DNA of 64,000 nucleotides, taken from positions 1,120,001 to 1,184,000 of the forward strand of contig OZ244960.1 in assembly GCA_965222605.1 (NCBI GenBank), written 5' to 3'. The DNA comes from Candidatus Latescibacterota bacterium (GTDB lineage Bacteria > Latescibacterota > UBA2968). Positions 37,839 through 48,590 of this stretch are shown here, in pieces (position 1 is the first letter of the stretch; each line of letters opens with the position of its first letter). Under the pieces are notes generated by a model. It did not search any database. It saw only the letters and a list, made by a program, of their open reading frames with translations, and was not told the DNA's origin. The position numbers and the translations under genes are program-made.

Positions 37839-39916
37839 TGAATAATCGCTTAAGAATAATCGCGCTTTTCGGTATGGGATTCGCGCTACTTTTGGCGTTT
37901 CGACTGGTTTCTCTACAAGTCTGGTCAGTAGAGGCATACACAGATCAGGCGCGCAGTCAGCATGTTAAGAAGCGGGTTCTACTGGCAGAAAGAGGACACA
38001 TTTTTGACCGGCGCGGCCGAGTAATGGCGACAAACTTCGAATCCCAATCGTTCTTTCTCAATCAAATATCCGATAAGGACAGCCTGCGCGCACTCGCCGT
38101 TCGGTTTTCTCGACAATCTGGGCACGATGAAGCAGCTCTCCTGAAAAAGGTCGATCGATCGCGCTCCTTCGTATGGCTCGCCCGTCAGGTCATTGATGCA
38201 CCTACCGGATTGCCAGAAGGGATCGGGCGCATTGTCGAGATGCGGCGCAATTATCCCATGGGGACTCTGGCGGGTCAGGTATTGGGATATACCGATACCG
38301 ATGGCCTGGGAATTGAAGGGATTGAACGCGCTTTTGATCCAATCTTGAGAGGTGAACCAGGTGAATTATCCGCACGCGTTGATGCGCGAGGTCAAATGCT
38401 CAGCACGCTCGGCGCAGTTCGACAGAGGCCAAAAAATGGCGATGATATCACCCTCACCATCGATGTCGATTATCAGGCCATTGCGGAAGAAGAGTTGCTA
38501 AAAGGCATGCAGAAATTCAATGCCAAAAGCGGCGTTGCCATTGTGATGATGCCCCATACGGGCGAAATTTTAGCACTGGCAAACGCGCCTTTTTATGATC
38601 CAAATGATTTTTCAAAATCAGAACTCTGGATACGGCGCAATCGGGCGGCGACCGATCAGTTCGAGCCGGGTTCTACCTTTAAGATTGCGGCATTTGCCGC
38701 CGCGCTTGAAGCCGGTTTGGTTGAGCCGGAAGATAAAATTTTCTGTGAAAACGGCAGAATGCGTATTGCTGGCGGCAAGGTACTTCGAGATTCACATCCC
38801 AGTGGCTGGCTGACCGTCCGAGAGGTGATGGAAGAATCGAGCAATATTGGCACGGCTAAAATTGCACGTAAAGTAAAAAAAGGTCCCTTATTTCGCCAGA
38901 TGCGCTTGTTTGGCTTTGGCTCCAAAACAGGCGTGGATTTACCGGGCGAAGTCGGCGGTCAACTTCGGCATCCAGATGCGTGGTCTGCCCGATCTCTCGA
39001 AACCATTTCTATTGGGCAAGAGATCGCCGTGACCGCCCTTCAGGTCGCCACTGCTTATGGCGCGATAGCCAATGGGGGGCGCTTGATGACGCCGCGTATT
39101 TTTTTAAAAGCTTCTCGCAAAGATTCTACAACGGCCGAAGGATCGCCCAGACCAATTCGACGGGTGATATCGCCCGAAACAGCGCGTACACTTACCAGTT
39201 TCCTCGAGGGCGTTGTCAGCCACGGCACAGGTAAAAATGCGCGCATACCCGGTTATCGGGTCGCGGGAAAAACCGGAACAGCACAACAAGTGAAAGAAGG
39301 ACAACCCGGATACGATCCCAATCGCTACATTCCGTCTTTTGTGGGATTTTTACCCGTCGAGCGCCCTGAACTGCTGTGCCTGGTGGCCATAGATAGCCCC
39401 CAAAAGGTCCACTATGCCAGTCAGGTTGCCGCACCTGTATTTCGCAACATTGTAAAGCGAATTTTGAGCCTGCGGCAAACCCCTCTGCGCCACAGTGCTC
39501 CTTTGCTCGATGAACAGCCGCCTCCGCCTCCACGCGCCGACATCCATCTGGTGGGCCTTTCGCGCAAAGCTGCAACAGATGCTTTGAAACGCCTGGGAAT
39601 GACCTATCAAATTGCGGGTGAAGGGGACCGCGTTGTTGGACAGCATATCGACATTGAAGAAAATAATGTCTCGTTGTTTTTGGCTTCTGCACCAATCGCC
39701 ACCCCCGATCACCGCACAGAGGTCAAAGGTTCAGAGTCGCTTTACATGCCCGATTTGCGCGGAGTACCCGTGCGGCAGGCAGTTGCAACTGTGACACAGC
39801 TGGGGTTTCAGATCAAAATTTCGGGTAGTGGGCGGGTGATCGCACAGTCGCCCGAACCGGGATTACCCGTAAAACCGGGAACAGTGTGCACGGTCGAATG
39901 CAAACGAGAAAGCTGA
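37838..39916 (+). CDS. ftsI: Class B penicillin-binding protein with PASTA domains
   Basis: EPGSTFK, SSN, KTGT; C-terminal PASTA. Confidence 0.95.
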   Translation: MNNRLRIIALFGMGFALLLAFRLVSLQVWSVEAYTDQARSQHVKKRVLLAERGHIFDRRGRVMATNFESQSFFLNQISDKDSLRALAVRFSRQSGHDEAALLKKVDRSRSFVWLARQVIDAPTGLPEGIGRIVEMRRNYPMGTLAGQVLGYTDTDGLGIEGIERAFDPILRGEPGELSARVDARGQMLSTLGAVRQRPKNGDDITLTIDVDYQAIAEEELLKGMQKFNAKSGVAIVMMPHTGEILALANAPFYDPNDFSKSELWIRRNRAATDQFEPGSTFKIAAFAAALEAGLVEPEDKIFCENGRMRIAGGKVLRDSHPSGWLTVREVMEESSNIGTAKIARKVKKGPLFRQMRLFGFGSKTGVDLPGEVGGQLRHPDAWSARSLETISIGQEIAVTALQVATAYGAIANGGRLMTPRIFLKASRKDSTTAEGSPRPIRRVISPETARTLTSFLEGVVSHGTGKNARIPGYRVAGKTGTAQQVKEGQPGYDPNRYIPSFVGFLPVERPELLCLVAIDSPQKVHYASQVAAPVFRNIVKRILSLRQTPLRHSAPLLDEQPPPPPRADIHLVGLSRKAATDALKRLGMTYQIAGEGDRVVGQHIDIEENNVSLFLASAPIATPDHRTEVKGSESLYMPDLRGVPVRQAVATVTQLGFQIKISGSGRVIAQSPEPGLPVKPGTVCTVECKRES

Positions 39917-39919
39917 GAT

Positions 39920-41374
39920 ATGCGCCTGCGAGAATTGCTATCCGACGTGCCAGATGTCGTGAGGATGCGTGGGAATAACCCCGATCTTGGAGGTATCGCA
40001 ACCCATTCGGGGCGCGTCAAAGAAGGCGATGTATTTGTCGCGCTCAGTGGCGATGGCGACATTGCAGATCGACATCCATTTATTTTTCAGGCGATTCAGG
40101 CGGGTGCCCGAGCCGTTATTGCCGAACGCGATGTCGATTTGGGAAATACGGCTTTTGTTCAAACGGCCAACACGCACCGCGCACTTGCACACATTGCCCG
40201 TCGTTTTTACAGCAAGCCGAGTGAACAGTTGAAGATGATCGGTGTGACGGGCACCAATGGCAAAACATCGACCGTTTATCTCATTCGCGCGGTGCTCGAT
40301 GCGGCTGGTTTTGCACCGGGTTTGATTGGAACTATTGAACATGACCTCGGCACAACACGCGAAATATCGCACAATTCTACGCCGCAGGCACACGACTTAC
40401 ACCGCATGTTTCGCGCAATGGTCGATGCGGGCTGCCGGGCAGCTGCGATGGAAGTGACATCACACGGGCTGGCGCAAAACCGCGTGTTGGGCATTGATTA
40501 CGAAGTTGCGGTATTTACCAACTTGACGCGCGATCATCTGGATTATCACAACACGCCCGACGCCTATTTGGCTGCTAAGGCACGGCTCTTTGACAATCTC
40601 AGGTCGGATGCTTACGCAGTCGTCAATACAGACGACGCGGCATCGAAAATATTGATGCAAAAATGTTCGGCACACTTGTTGCGCTATGGGCGCGCAGAAG
40701 ATGCGACAGTGCGCATTTTGGAGGGTAGCACTTCACAGGACGGTACACGACTTTGCTTGCAAACACCACACGGACAGATGGACCTGGAACTGGCACTTCG
40801 GGGCGATTTTCAATTGTACAATGCCACTGCGGCTGTCACTGCTGGCCTCGCATTGGAGATCGAACCTGACATCATCGCAGATGCTTTGCGCGAGATTCGG
40901 ATTCCAGGTCGTTTTGAAGGCATTGATTGCGGGCAAAATTTTGGGGTATATGTCGATTATGCACACGCGCCAGACGGACTGAAAAATGTGCTTCAAACCG
41001 CACGCGCATTTGCCCGCGGGCAATTGATTTGCGTATTTGGGTGCGGCGGGGATCGCGACAAGGGCAAGCGCCCTGTAATGGGCGACCTATCTGCGCGGTT
41101 GGCCGATCTGTCTGTGGTAACATCAGATAATCCACGTACTGAAGACCCCGATGCCATCATTGCCGATATTTTGCCCGGCCTGGGCGATGCCCCGCACATC
41201 GTTGAACCCAATCGCCGACGGGCAATTGAAAAGGCCATTGCAAAAGCGCGAGCGGGCGACCTTGTGCTCATTGCGGGCAAGGGGCATGAAAATTATCAGG
41301 AAATTAATGGGATTAAAACCCCCTTTGACGATCGGGAAGTTGCACGAGAAATACTCAAGTGCAAAGTGGAGTGA
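39920..41374 (+). CDS. murE: UDP-MurNAc-tripeptide synthetase (meso-DAP type)
   Basis: GTNGKTS, DHLDYH, DYAH, DNPR (DAP specificity), AGKGHE. Confidence 0.96.
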   Translation: MRLRELLSDVPDVVRMRGNNPDLGGIATHSGRVKEGDVFVALSGDGDIADRHPFIFQAIQAGARAVIAERDVDLGNTAFVQTANTHRALAHIARRFYSKPSEQLKMIGVTGTNGKTSTVYLIRAVLDAAGFAPGLIGTIEHDLGTTREISHNSTPQAHDLHRMFRAMVDAGCRAAAMEVTSHGLAQNRVLGIDYEVAVFTNLTRDHLDYHNTPDAYLAAKARLFDNLRSDAYAVVNTDDAASKILMQKCSAHLLRYGRAEDATVRILEGSTSQDGTRLCLQTPHGQMDLELALRGDFQLYNATAAVTAGLALEIEPDIIADALREIRIPGRFEGIDCGQNFGVYVDYAHAPDGLKNVLQTARAFARGQLICVFGCGGDRDKGKRPVMGDLSARLADLSVVTSDNPRTEDPDAIIADILPGLGDAPHIVEPNRRRAIEKAIAKARAGDLVLIAGKGHENYQEINGIKTPFDDREVAREILKCKVE

Positions 41375-42747
41375 TGGGTTATATGGAAGGATTAACGCTA
41401 TCAGATGTAATTGAATCAACCCGAGGCCACTGGACCGGACAGGGTGATCCCACCGCTATTGTGCCAACAGGGGTCAGTATTGATACGAGGACGCTCAAAC
41501 CAGGCGAAATTTTCTTTGCATTGCCCGGCGAAAAGGTCGATGGTCACCAATTTTTGGACGCTGCATTTGACAGGGGAGCCTGTGCTGCAGTGGTCACCAG
41601 GTCTGGAGTTCGAGAATCGCGGCAACTGATCGCCGTCGATGCACCCGATTTGGCTCTGGGCGATCTGGCGCAGTTTTATCGCAGGCGTTTTGACATTCCC
41701 GTTATTGGTATTACGGGTAGCAGCGGCAAAACCACGACCAAAGATATGGTCGCAGCTGTTTTGAGCACTCGGTATCGGGTTTTGGCGACACAGGGAAATC
41801 TCAATAACAGACTGGGGGTGCCGCTCACCTTATTTAACCTATCGGCACATTGCGATGTCGCAGTTATTGAAATGGGCATTACCGAACGCGGTGGCATGCG
41901 CTATCTGTGCGAAATTGCGCAACCGACCATCGGCATGATAACCAATATCGGACCAGCACATATCGAGTTTTTCGGCTCTGTAGAGGGTGTGGCAAAAGCC
42001 AAAGGGGAACTTCTGGAATATCTAGACGAGTCTTCTATGACTATCTTGAATCTCGATGACCTGTTTTTGTCCAAGGAGAGAGCAAAAGTTAAGGGGAGAC
42101 TCCTGGGCATTGGCATCGAACAGATATGTCAGTTTCGTGGGGAGGGACTCAAACTGGATCAGAAGGGCTTTGGTCATTTCTCTCTACAGGGCCATTCTTT
42201 TCACCTGTCAATTCCGGGCAAGCACAATGTGTATAACGCGCTAATGGCTGCAACGGCAGGTCGGGCACTCAATGTGCCCCTACAAGATACGGCAAAAGCA
42301 CTTGAGAATTTTACGCTGACCAAACTGAGAAGCCAGGTGCTGGAACACAATGGGATTCGCATGATCAACGACACGTACAACGCCAATCCCGCGTCGATGC
42401 GGGCAGCACTTGAGACCCTATCACAAATTGAGGTGGATGGTCGGCGGATCGCAGTGGTGGGCGATATGCGCGAATTAGGGGCAATGACCCACGACGCACA
42501 TCGGGCGTTGGGGCGCGAAGCTGGTAATCGGCACATTGACGCACTTTTCGCGCTGGGCGACCTGGCACCGGTGGTCGTTGAAGGGGGGCGCGAAGCAGGT
42601 ATAGATCAGGCGTGGGCTTATGCAGACCGAGATGCGTTAACCGGGGCATTGCAGGCTTATTTGAAACCCGGAGACTTGATGCTCATCAAGGGATCGCGCG
42701 GTATTGCAATGGAAAGAATAGTTACAGCACTGGGATTTGAAATGTGA
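41374..42747 (+). CDS. murF: UDP-MurNAc-tripeptide D-Ala-D-Ala ligase
   Basis: GSSGKTTTK, NLNNxLGVP, DTYNANP, GDMRELG, KGSRG. Confidence 0.96.
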   Translation: MGYMEGLTLSDVIESTRGHWTGQGDPTAIVPTGVSIDTRTLKPGEIFFALPGEKVDGHQFLDAAFDRGACAAVVTRSGVRESRQLIAVDAPDLALGDLAQFYRRRFDIPVIGITGSSGKTTTKDMVAAVLSTRYRVLATQGNLNNRLGVPLTLFNLSAHCDVAVIEMGITERGGMRYLCEIAQPTIGMITNIGPAHIEFFGSVEGVAKAKGELLEYLDESSMTILNLDDLFLSKERAKVKGRLLGIGIEQICQFRGEGLKLDQKGFGHFSLQGHSFHLSIPGKHNVYNALMAATAGRALNVPLQDTAKALENFTLTKLRSQVLEHNGIRMINDTYNANPASMRAALETLSQIEVDGRRIAVVGDMRELGAMTHDAHRALGREAGNRHIDALFALGDLAPVVVEGGREAGIDQAWAYADRDALTGALQAYLKPGDLMLIKGSRGIAMERIVTALGFEM

Positions 42748-42868
42748 AAGGCGTGACATGTGAAACGCGAGACGTAAGAGGGCCGCCCAACCACCCTGCC
42801 GGAAAGACGCGAGGGGTGGGGTGGACTTCTCACTTCTCACTTCTCACCTCTTACTTCTTACCTTTTTT

Positions 42869-44074
42869 ATGACACTGACAAACGAACAAAGAGATGATCG
42901 AACCTGGATTTTGCTGCTCCTCATTGTGGTTATGCTGGTGGGCTTTGGTACGGTGATGGTGTATAGTGCCAGTTCTGGATTGGCGCAACTGCGATTTGAC
43001 AACAGCAATTTTTTTCTCAACCGCTGGGCCATTCGCATGGCCATCAGTCTGGCGGTGATGGTTCTGCTAATTCACATAGACTATCGAGTCTGGCGAAAAA
43101 AAGCGCGCTTGATGCTGATGATAGCTTTTGGTTTTTTGCTCGTGGTACTCATCCTCAAGCTATTTGGCATTGGTAAGGTGCGAGGTGCGTATCGCTGGAT
43201 ACCATTGCCGGGGGGGCAATTCCAACCCGCCGATATGATGCGCATGGTACTGGTGCTTTACCTGGCCGATTCCCTGACGCGCCGCCAGGAATTGATTGAA
43301 AATTTCAAATCGGGCTTTTTGCCGCATGCCGTGGTAATCGGCACGGCAATGGTGATGATTGTGATACAACCCGATTTGGGTACAGCGGTGGCGATTGGGA
43401 TAACCTGTGCATTGATGCTCTATCTGGGCGGTGTGCGGCTGCGACATCTTATGGCAACGTGCGCGGGTCTTTTGCCCGTCCTGTATGTGATTGTTTTTGT
43501 TTTTGGGTACCGCCGTGAGCGCGTGATGACCTTTATCTCTCCCAGCGACGATGTGCAAAATACGGGCTATCACCTCGCGCAATCCCTTCTCGCCCTGGGT
43601 AGTGGTGGATTTTGGGGCACGGGCTTGGGACAGGGCCAGCAAAAATATTTCTTTTTACCCGAGCCTCATACCGATTTTGTATTTAGCATTGTGGGTGAAG
43701 AGCTCGGTTTGTGGGGCACCATGCTCGTTTTGATTTTATTTTTTATTTTTGGGCGGTGCGGATTTCGCATTGCCCGCACAGCCCCTGATACCTTTGGTTT
43801 TCTATTCGCTTCTGGTATTACCATTACGATTCTGATTTATGCTCTGATCAACATGGGTGTGGCCACCGGGTTGCTGCCTGTCACGGGACTTCCCCTTCCC
43901 TTTATCAGCTACGGTGGTTCATCCTTGATGTTTACACTCTCCGCGACAGGTGTGCTCATTGGTATAGGACGGGCGAATACTCGAAACAAAACCCGTCACT
44001 CACCTGCTGCATCGCAAACCGTTCCCCGGCACGCGATGTACAGACGACAGCACCTCATCATTCCCCGACGTTGA
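42869..44074 (+). CDS. ftsW: SEDS peptidoglycan polymerase FtsW
   Basis: MVYSAS, QPDLG, LPEPHTDF, GEELG, LPFISYGGSS. Confidence 0.94.
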   Translation: MTLTNEQRDDRTWILLLLIVVMLVGFGTVMVYSASSGLAQLRFDNSNFFLNRWAIRMAISLAVMVLLIHIDYRVWRKKARLMLMIAFGFLLVVLILKLFGIGKVRGAYRWIPLPGGQFQPADMMRMVLVLYLADSLTRRQELIENFKSGFLPHAVVIGTAMVMIVIQPDLGTAVAIGITCALMLYLGGVRLRHLMATCAGLLPVLYVIVFVFGYRRERVMTFISPSDDVQNTGYHLAQSLLALGSGGFWGTGLGQGQQKYFFLPEPHTDFVFSIVGEELGLWGTMLVLILFFIFGRCGFRIARTAPDTFGFLFASGITITILIYALINMGVATGLLPVTGLPLPFISYGGSSLMFTLSATGVLIGIGRANTRNKTRHSPAASQTVPRHAMYRRQHLIIPRR

Positions 44075-44085
44075 ACGATTTTAAA

Positions 44086-45447
44086 ATGGTCTCATTCGAC
44101 GCTGGAACCCGAGTGCATTTTATTGGCATTGGTGGCATAAGCATGAGCGCGTTGGCCGAATTACTCGCCGCACGAGGATGCCTCATTTCGGGTTCTGACC
44201 GGCAGGATTCACCGCTCATTCGGCGTTTGGAACAACTCGGCATTCCCGTTCGAATTGGACATATGCGTAGTGCCATCGCTGGAGCCGACTGCGTCGTTTA
44301 CACATCGGCGACGGATTCTGAGAATCCCGAGAGAAAAGCCGCGCGTGAAAAAGGCATCCCCCTGTTGCGCCGCGCCGAATTGCTTGGTCAACTCGTGAAT
44401 CCACATCCCGCGATATGCGTGGCGGGTACGCACGGCAAGACCACCACAACGGCAATGATTGCGACCATGCTCATCGCCGCAGACCATGCCCCAACAGCTC
44501 TTGTAGGGGGTGTGATTTGCGGCTGGGAAACCGCGCTACACATTGGCAGTGGCGCGCTCTGGGTGGTAGAAGCCGACGAATACGATCGCTCTTTTTTGAC
44601 ATTAAAACCCAAAATTGCCGTGGTGACGGCACTGGAAGCCGATCACCTCGACTGCTACGAAGACATGAACGACATTCGCGCGACTTTTGAACAATTTGTC
44701 AATACTCTGCCCGACGATGGCTGCGCTGTGTTGTGTGCCGACTCCCCCGAGATACGCATGCTCAGTCTCGATGGGCGATACCAAAAAATAACCTGCGGTT
44801 TGACAGGTGGCGATCTTCGCGCAACAAGCATTGAACAAGACGGTTTTGGGATCGCTTTTGACGTGTTGGAAAAGAATACCCGGTTGGGGCGCATACGCCT
44901 TCAAGTGCCGGGCAAACACAATGTGGCCAATGCCCTCTCAGCACTTGGGGTTGGCAAGTATGTCGGCCTCAATTGGGAAGAAATTTGTCGTGGTATCGAA
45001 GCATTTCGAGGTGTTCACCGTCGGTTTGAAATGCTCGGCGAAGCACAAGGTATCGCGGTGGTTGATGACTACGCCCATCACCCTACAGAAATTGCCACCA
45101 CACTTCAGGCTGCGCGGGCGGGATGGTGCGGCCGCCTTGTAGCCGCTTTTCAACCGCATTTGTACACCCGCACGCGGGATTTTGCGCCCGATTTCGCCCG
45201 AGTGCTACAACGAGCCGATCGCGTGTGGATCACCGATATTTATCCCGCGCGGGAAGAACCCATTGCGGGCGTTGATGGAAAGTGGCTTGCCGATCAAATT
45301 CCCGACGCAAATTACGCACCTGCACTAAATGATTTAAAAGCGGCATTGTTAAACGACTTGCGCGCTGGCGACCTGCTACTGGTTATGGGTGCTGGAGATA
45401 TTGAAACAGTTGCCCGCGATATTTACCAAATCCTTAGAGAAGTATAA
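44086..45447 (+). CDS. murC: UDP-N-acetylmuramate-L-alanine ligase
   Basis: GIGGISMS, GTHGKTTTT, EADEYDRSFL, DDYAHHPTE, FQPHLYTRT. Confidence 0.96.
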   Translation: MVSFDAGTRVHFIGIGGISMSALAELLAARGCLISGSDRQDSPLIRRLEQLGIPVRIGHMRSAIAGADCVVYTSATDSENPERKAAREKGIPLLRRAELLGQLVNPHPAICVAGTHGKTTTTAMIATMLIAADHAPTALVGGVICGWETALHIGSGALWVVEADEYDRSFLTLKPKIAVVTALEADHLDCYEDMNDIRATFEQFVNTLPDDGCAVLCADSPEIRMLSLDGRYQKITCGLTGGDLRATSIEQDGFGIAFDVLEKNTRLGRIRLQVPGKHNVANALSALGVGKYVGLNWEEICRGIEAFRGVHRRFEMLGEAQGIAVVDDYAHHPTEIATTLQAARAGWCGRLVAAFQPHLYTRTRDFAPDFARVLQRADRVWITDIYPAREEPIAGVDGKWLADQIPDANYAPALNDLKAALLNDLRAGDLLLVMGAGDIETVARDIYQILREV

Positions 45448-45451
45448 GGCA

Positions 45452-46369
45452 ATGTACAATGTACGACGCGATTTGCTCGCGAGAGAGATTCAACGCCAAT
45501 GCCGGGGAAAGCTCAAGCGCGATGAACCCCTCGCCAAACACACGACATTTGGATTGGGCGGTACTGCGGACCTCTTTTTCGCACCAGCCGATCTCAGTGA
45601 TCTGGCCATTGCTGTACCGCTGATCAAAGACGCCGGGCTTCCGATTTTTCCGCTGGGTGGGGGAACAAATACCCTCGTGCGCGACAGCGGATTCCGCGGG
45701 TTGGTCATTTCACTGACAGCGGGCGCGCGGCGCATTGAGATTGGGGATGACGAGGGCGTCATACAGGCTGGCGCGAGCACGCAGGTGGTATCTCGACAAT
45801 GCCAGCGAGCAGGCAAAACAGGATTGGAATTTGGGTGCGGGATTCCCGGCACCATCGGCGGCGCAATATGGGGCAATGCCGGCGCCTGGGGCGGTGAAAC
45901 GATGGATCGTATAAACTGGTTGCGCGGTATTGATCTTAGAACGGGTCGGGAAATTCATCTCGAGCAATCCAACATTTCTTTCGGATATCGACACACTGAC
46001 TTGCCCCGTGATCTGCTCATTGTCGAAGCAGGATTTCGACTTGTAGAAGGCGATCCCAAAACCATTGCCACCGAGATGGTTCGCATGTTGGCAGAGCGCA
46101 AGAGTACGCAACCGCTGTCAAACCGCAGCTCTGGGTGCATTTTTAAGAATCCACCGGGGCATTCTGCGGGAGCACTCATCGACAGTGCCGGATGCAAAGG
46201 AATGTCGATAGGGGCAGTGAAAATTTCGGATGTACACGCCAATTTTATGGTCAACCTCGGTGGGCATTCCACCGAAGATGTGCTCGCGCTGATCGCGCGG
46301 GTTCAAAAGCGCGTTTTTCAGGTTCACAAAATTGAATTGGAGACAGAAGTAAGAATATTGGGTGAATAA
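45452..46369 (+). CDS. murB: UDP-N-acetylenolpyruvoylglucosamine reductase
   Basis: GIPGTIGGA..NAGA, SSGCIFKNP, HANF, LETEV. Confidence 0.95.
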   Translation: MYNVRRDLLAREIQRQCRGKLKRDEPLAKHTTFGLGGTADLFFAPADLSDLAIAVPLIKDAGLPIFPLGGGTNTLVRDSGFRGLVISLTAGARRIEIGDDEGVIQAGASTQVVSRQCQRAGKTGLEFGCGIPGTIGGAIWGNAGAWGGETMDRINWLRGIDLRTGREIHLEQSNISFGYRHTDLPRDLLIVEAGFRLVEGDPKTIATEMVRMLAERKSTQPLSNRSSGCIFKNPPGHSAGALIDSAGCKGMSIGAVKISDVHANFMVNLGGHSTEDVLALIARVQKRVFQVHKIELETEVRILGE

Positions 46370-46392
46370 TGAACTTTTCTCAGGAGGATTTT

Positions 46393-47211
46393 ATGTCTGG
46401 GTATAAACCAATCTACATATCTCACAGGTCTGAAAATACACAGGACGCGGTGAACGCGACCCTGAACACAACGCCTACACCGCAGAAGCGTCCGCGAAAA
46501 TTCGCACGCTGGGTGATTGTTATGACACTGATGAGCCTGCTGGTTGTGGGTATCCAAAATGCCTATTCATCGCTGGCAGATTCAGACTTCTTTCTCATGA
46601 CACATATTCGGATCCTCGGCAACTCCCTGATGTCTGAAGCTGAGGTCGTGGCTCTTTCGCAATTGCAGGTGGGCGCAAATCTGTTTACCTGTGATATAAC
46701 ATCTGCAACAGAACGCGTGGCACAACACCCAATGGTCAAAAAGGTGTTGCTACATAGAGAGTTACCGGAAACACTGGTCATTAGCATTGAGGAACGCCAG
46801 CCTGTTGGGCTGTTGAACACGCCCAAAGGTTTGATGGGACTGGATGAGTCCGGCAAAATTTTCCCCCTGTCTCCTGCTGCGCAGGTGGATTTGCCCATTC
46901 TGACGGGTGTTGATTTGCAAAGGGATAAGGATGGCTCTTGGGCAAGTGCTCTGGCGGGATTTGTGACGGAATTGCAAATCCGTACACCGGCGTTTTGGCG
47001 CGAAATTTCAGAAATCTGCACGGACAATCCATATTCTGCTACGGTTTATCTGGTGGCCGATGATCTGGCCCTCAAAATGCGTTTTGAAAACCCCGAAAAG
47101 CAGATTCGGAATTTCCGCGCCTACACCCAGACCACATCTGGACTTGGCACAGACCTCGCGTATATTGACCTGCGCTATCGAGATCAAGTAATCGTGGGTA
47201 GGCGGCAGTAG
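46393..47211 (+). CDS. ftsQ: Cell division protein FtsQ
   Basis: TM plus POTRA domain, IEERQP, YIDLRY; RBS AGGAGG. Confidence 0.85.
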   Translation: MSGYKPIYISHRSENTQDAVNATLNTTPTPQKRPRKFARWVIVMTLMSLLVVGIQNAYSSLADSDFFLMTHIRILGNSLMSEAEVVALSQLQVGANLFTCDITSATERVAQHPMVKKVLLHRELPETLVISIEERQPVGLLNTPKGLMGLDESGKIFPLSPAAQVDLPILTGVDLQRDKDGSWASALAGFVTELQIRTPAFWREISEICTDNPYSATVYLVADDLALKMRFENPEKQIRNFRAYTQTTSGLGTDLAYIDLRYRDQVIVGRRQ

Positions 47212-47236
47212 TTCATTAGTGAAAGGGACCCACAAG

Positions 47237-48457
47237 ATGGATCGAATTGTTGGACTCGATATTGGCTCCACCAAGATCTGTGTTGTTGTAGCTGAAGTGG
47301 AAGATGACGGCACGCCCAAAATTACGGGATTGGGCAGTAGCCCCTCCCAGGGCCTCAAGCGCGGTGTGGTGATCAATGTGGAAAAGACCGTGCAATCTAT
47401 CCGCACAGCTATAGAAGAAGCTCAGGAAATGTCGGGCACGCGCATTGGTGCTGTTTATGCGGGCATTGCCGGAGATCATATTCGCAGCGTGAATACGCGA
47501 GCGGTTGTGGCCGTGTCGGGACCGGACAATGAGATTACGGCCAATGATGAAGAACGCGTGATTGAAGCAGCCAAAGCGGTATCTATTCCCATGGATCGGG
47601 AAATTGTTCATGTGCTGCCACAGTCTTTTGTGGTTGACGACCAGCCCGGTATTAAAGACCCCATTGGCATGTCGGGTGTGAGACTCGAAGTCGATGTACA
47701 CATTGTAACCGGCGCCGTAACTTCAGCACAGAATATCTGCAAAAGTATTCGTCGCGCAGGTGTAGAGGTGGTGGACCTGGTGCTCGAACCCATTGCTTCG
47801 AGTTATGCGGTATTGACACCTGACGAAGAGGAAATGGGCGTGGCATTGGTCGATATCGGAGGGGGCACGACCGACCTGGCAGTATTTTACGACGGTGCTA
47901 TTCGCCATACAGCCGTTGTGGGATTAGGGGGGACAAATGTGACAAACGATATGGCCATTGGTTTGCGAACGCCCTGGAAACAAGCCGAAGCTATGAAGAG
48001 AGAAAGCGGCTGTGCATTGCAATCGCTGGTCAGGCCCAACGATATGGTCGATGTACCGGGAGTTGCCGGACGCCCTTCTCGCAAGGTGTCTCGGGCGAAA
48101 ATGGCCGCGATTATTGAGGCGCGTATGGAAGAAATTTTTGGTCATATAAATCAGGAGATTCACCGCACCGACTATGCCGATCTGCTGGGGGCGGGCATCG
48201 TGCTCACAGGTGGAGGTTCAATGCTCCAGGGTTGTGCTGAACTGGCCAAAGAAATTTTTGACTTGCCCGTGGCGATTGGCAAACCCCGAGGGATAACGGG
48301 GCGGGCCAATGCCGTGAGCGAACCGCTCTATGCCACCGCTGTTGGGCTGGTGCAATTTGGGCTGTTTCACCAAAATGGTAATTTTATATCCGATGACGGC
48401 GATTTTTTTGATTCAGTTTTTGGTCGTATGAAACACTGGGTTCAGAATTTTTTTTAA
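47237..48457 (+). CDS. ftsA: Cell division protein FtsA
   Basis: GLDIGSTKI, DPIGMSGVRLEV, DIGGGTTD, LTGGGS. Confidence 0.96.
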   Translation: MDRIVGLDIGSTKICVVVAEVEDDGTPKITGLGSSPSQGLKRGVVINVEKTVQSIRTAIEEAQEMSGTRIGAVYAGIAGDHIRSVNTRAVVAVSGPDNEITANDEERVIEAAKAVSIPMDREIVHVLPQSFVVDDQPGIKDPIGMSGVRLEVDVHIVTGAVTSAQNICKSIRRAGVEVVDLVLEPIASSYAVLTPDEEEMGVALVDIGGGTTDLAVFYDGAIRHTAVVGLGGTNVTNDMAIGLRTPWKQAEAMKRESGCALQSLVRPNDMVDVPGVAGRPSRKVSRAKMAAIIEARMEEIFGHINQEIHRTDYADLLGAGIVLTGGGSMLQGCAELAKEIFDLPVAIGKPRGITGRANAVSEPLYATAVGLVQFGLFHQNGNFISDDGDFFDSVFGRMKHWVQNFF

Positions 48458-48590
48458 AGAGTTTCTGTCTTTACTAATGTTGTGCGTTGCATGTGCTCGC
48501 ACACACATCTCCCCGTTGGATGTTTGGGTTGGGCTAACGGATGTTTAATAGCCTATAAATTCTTATTACTTGTTAAAACAGGGGGTTCTC

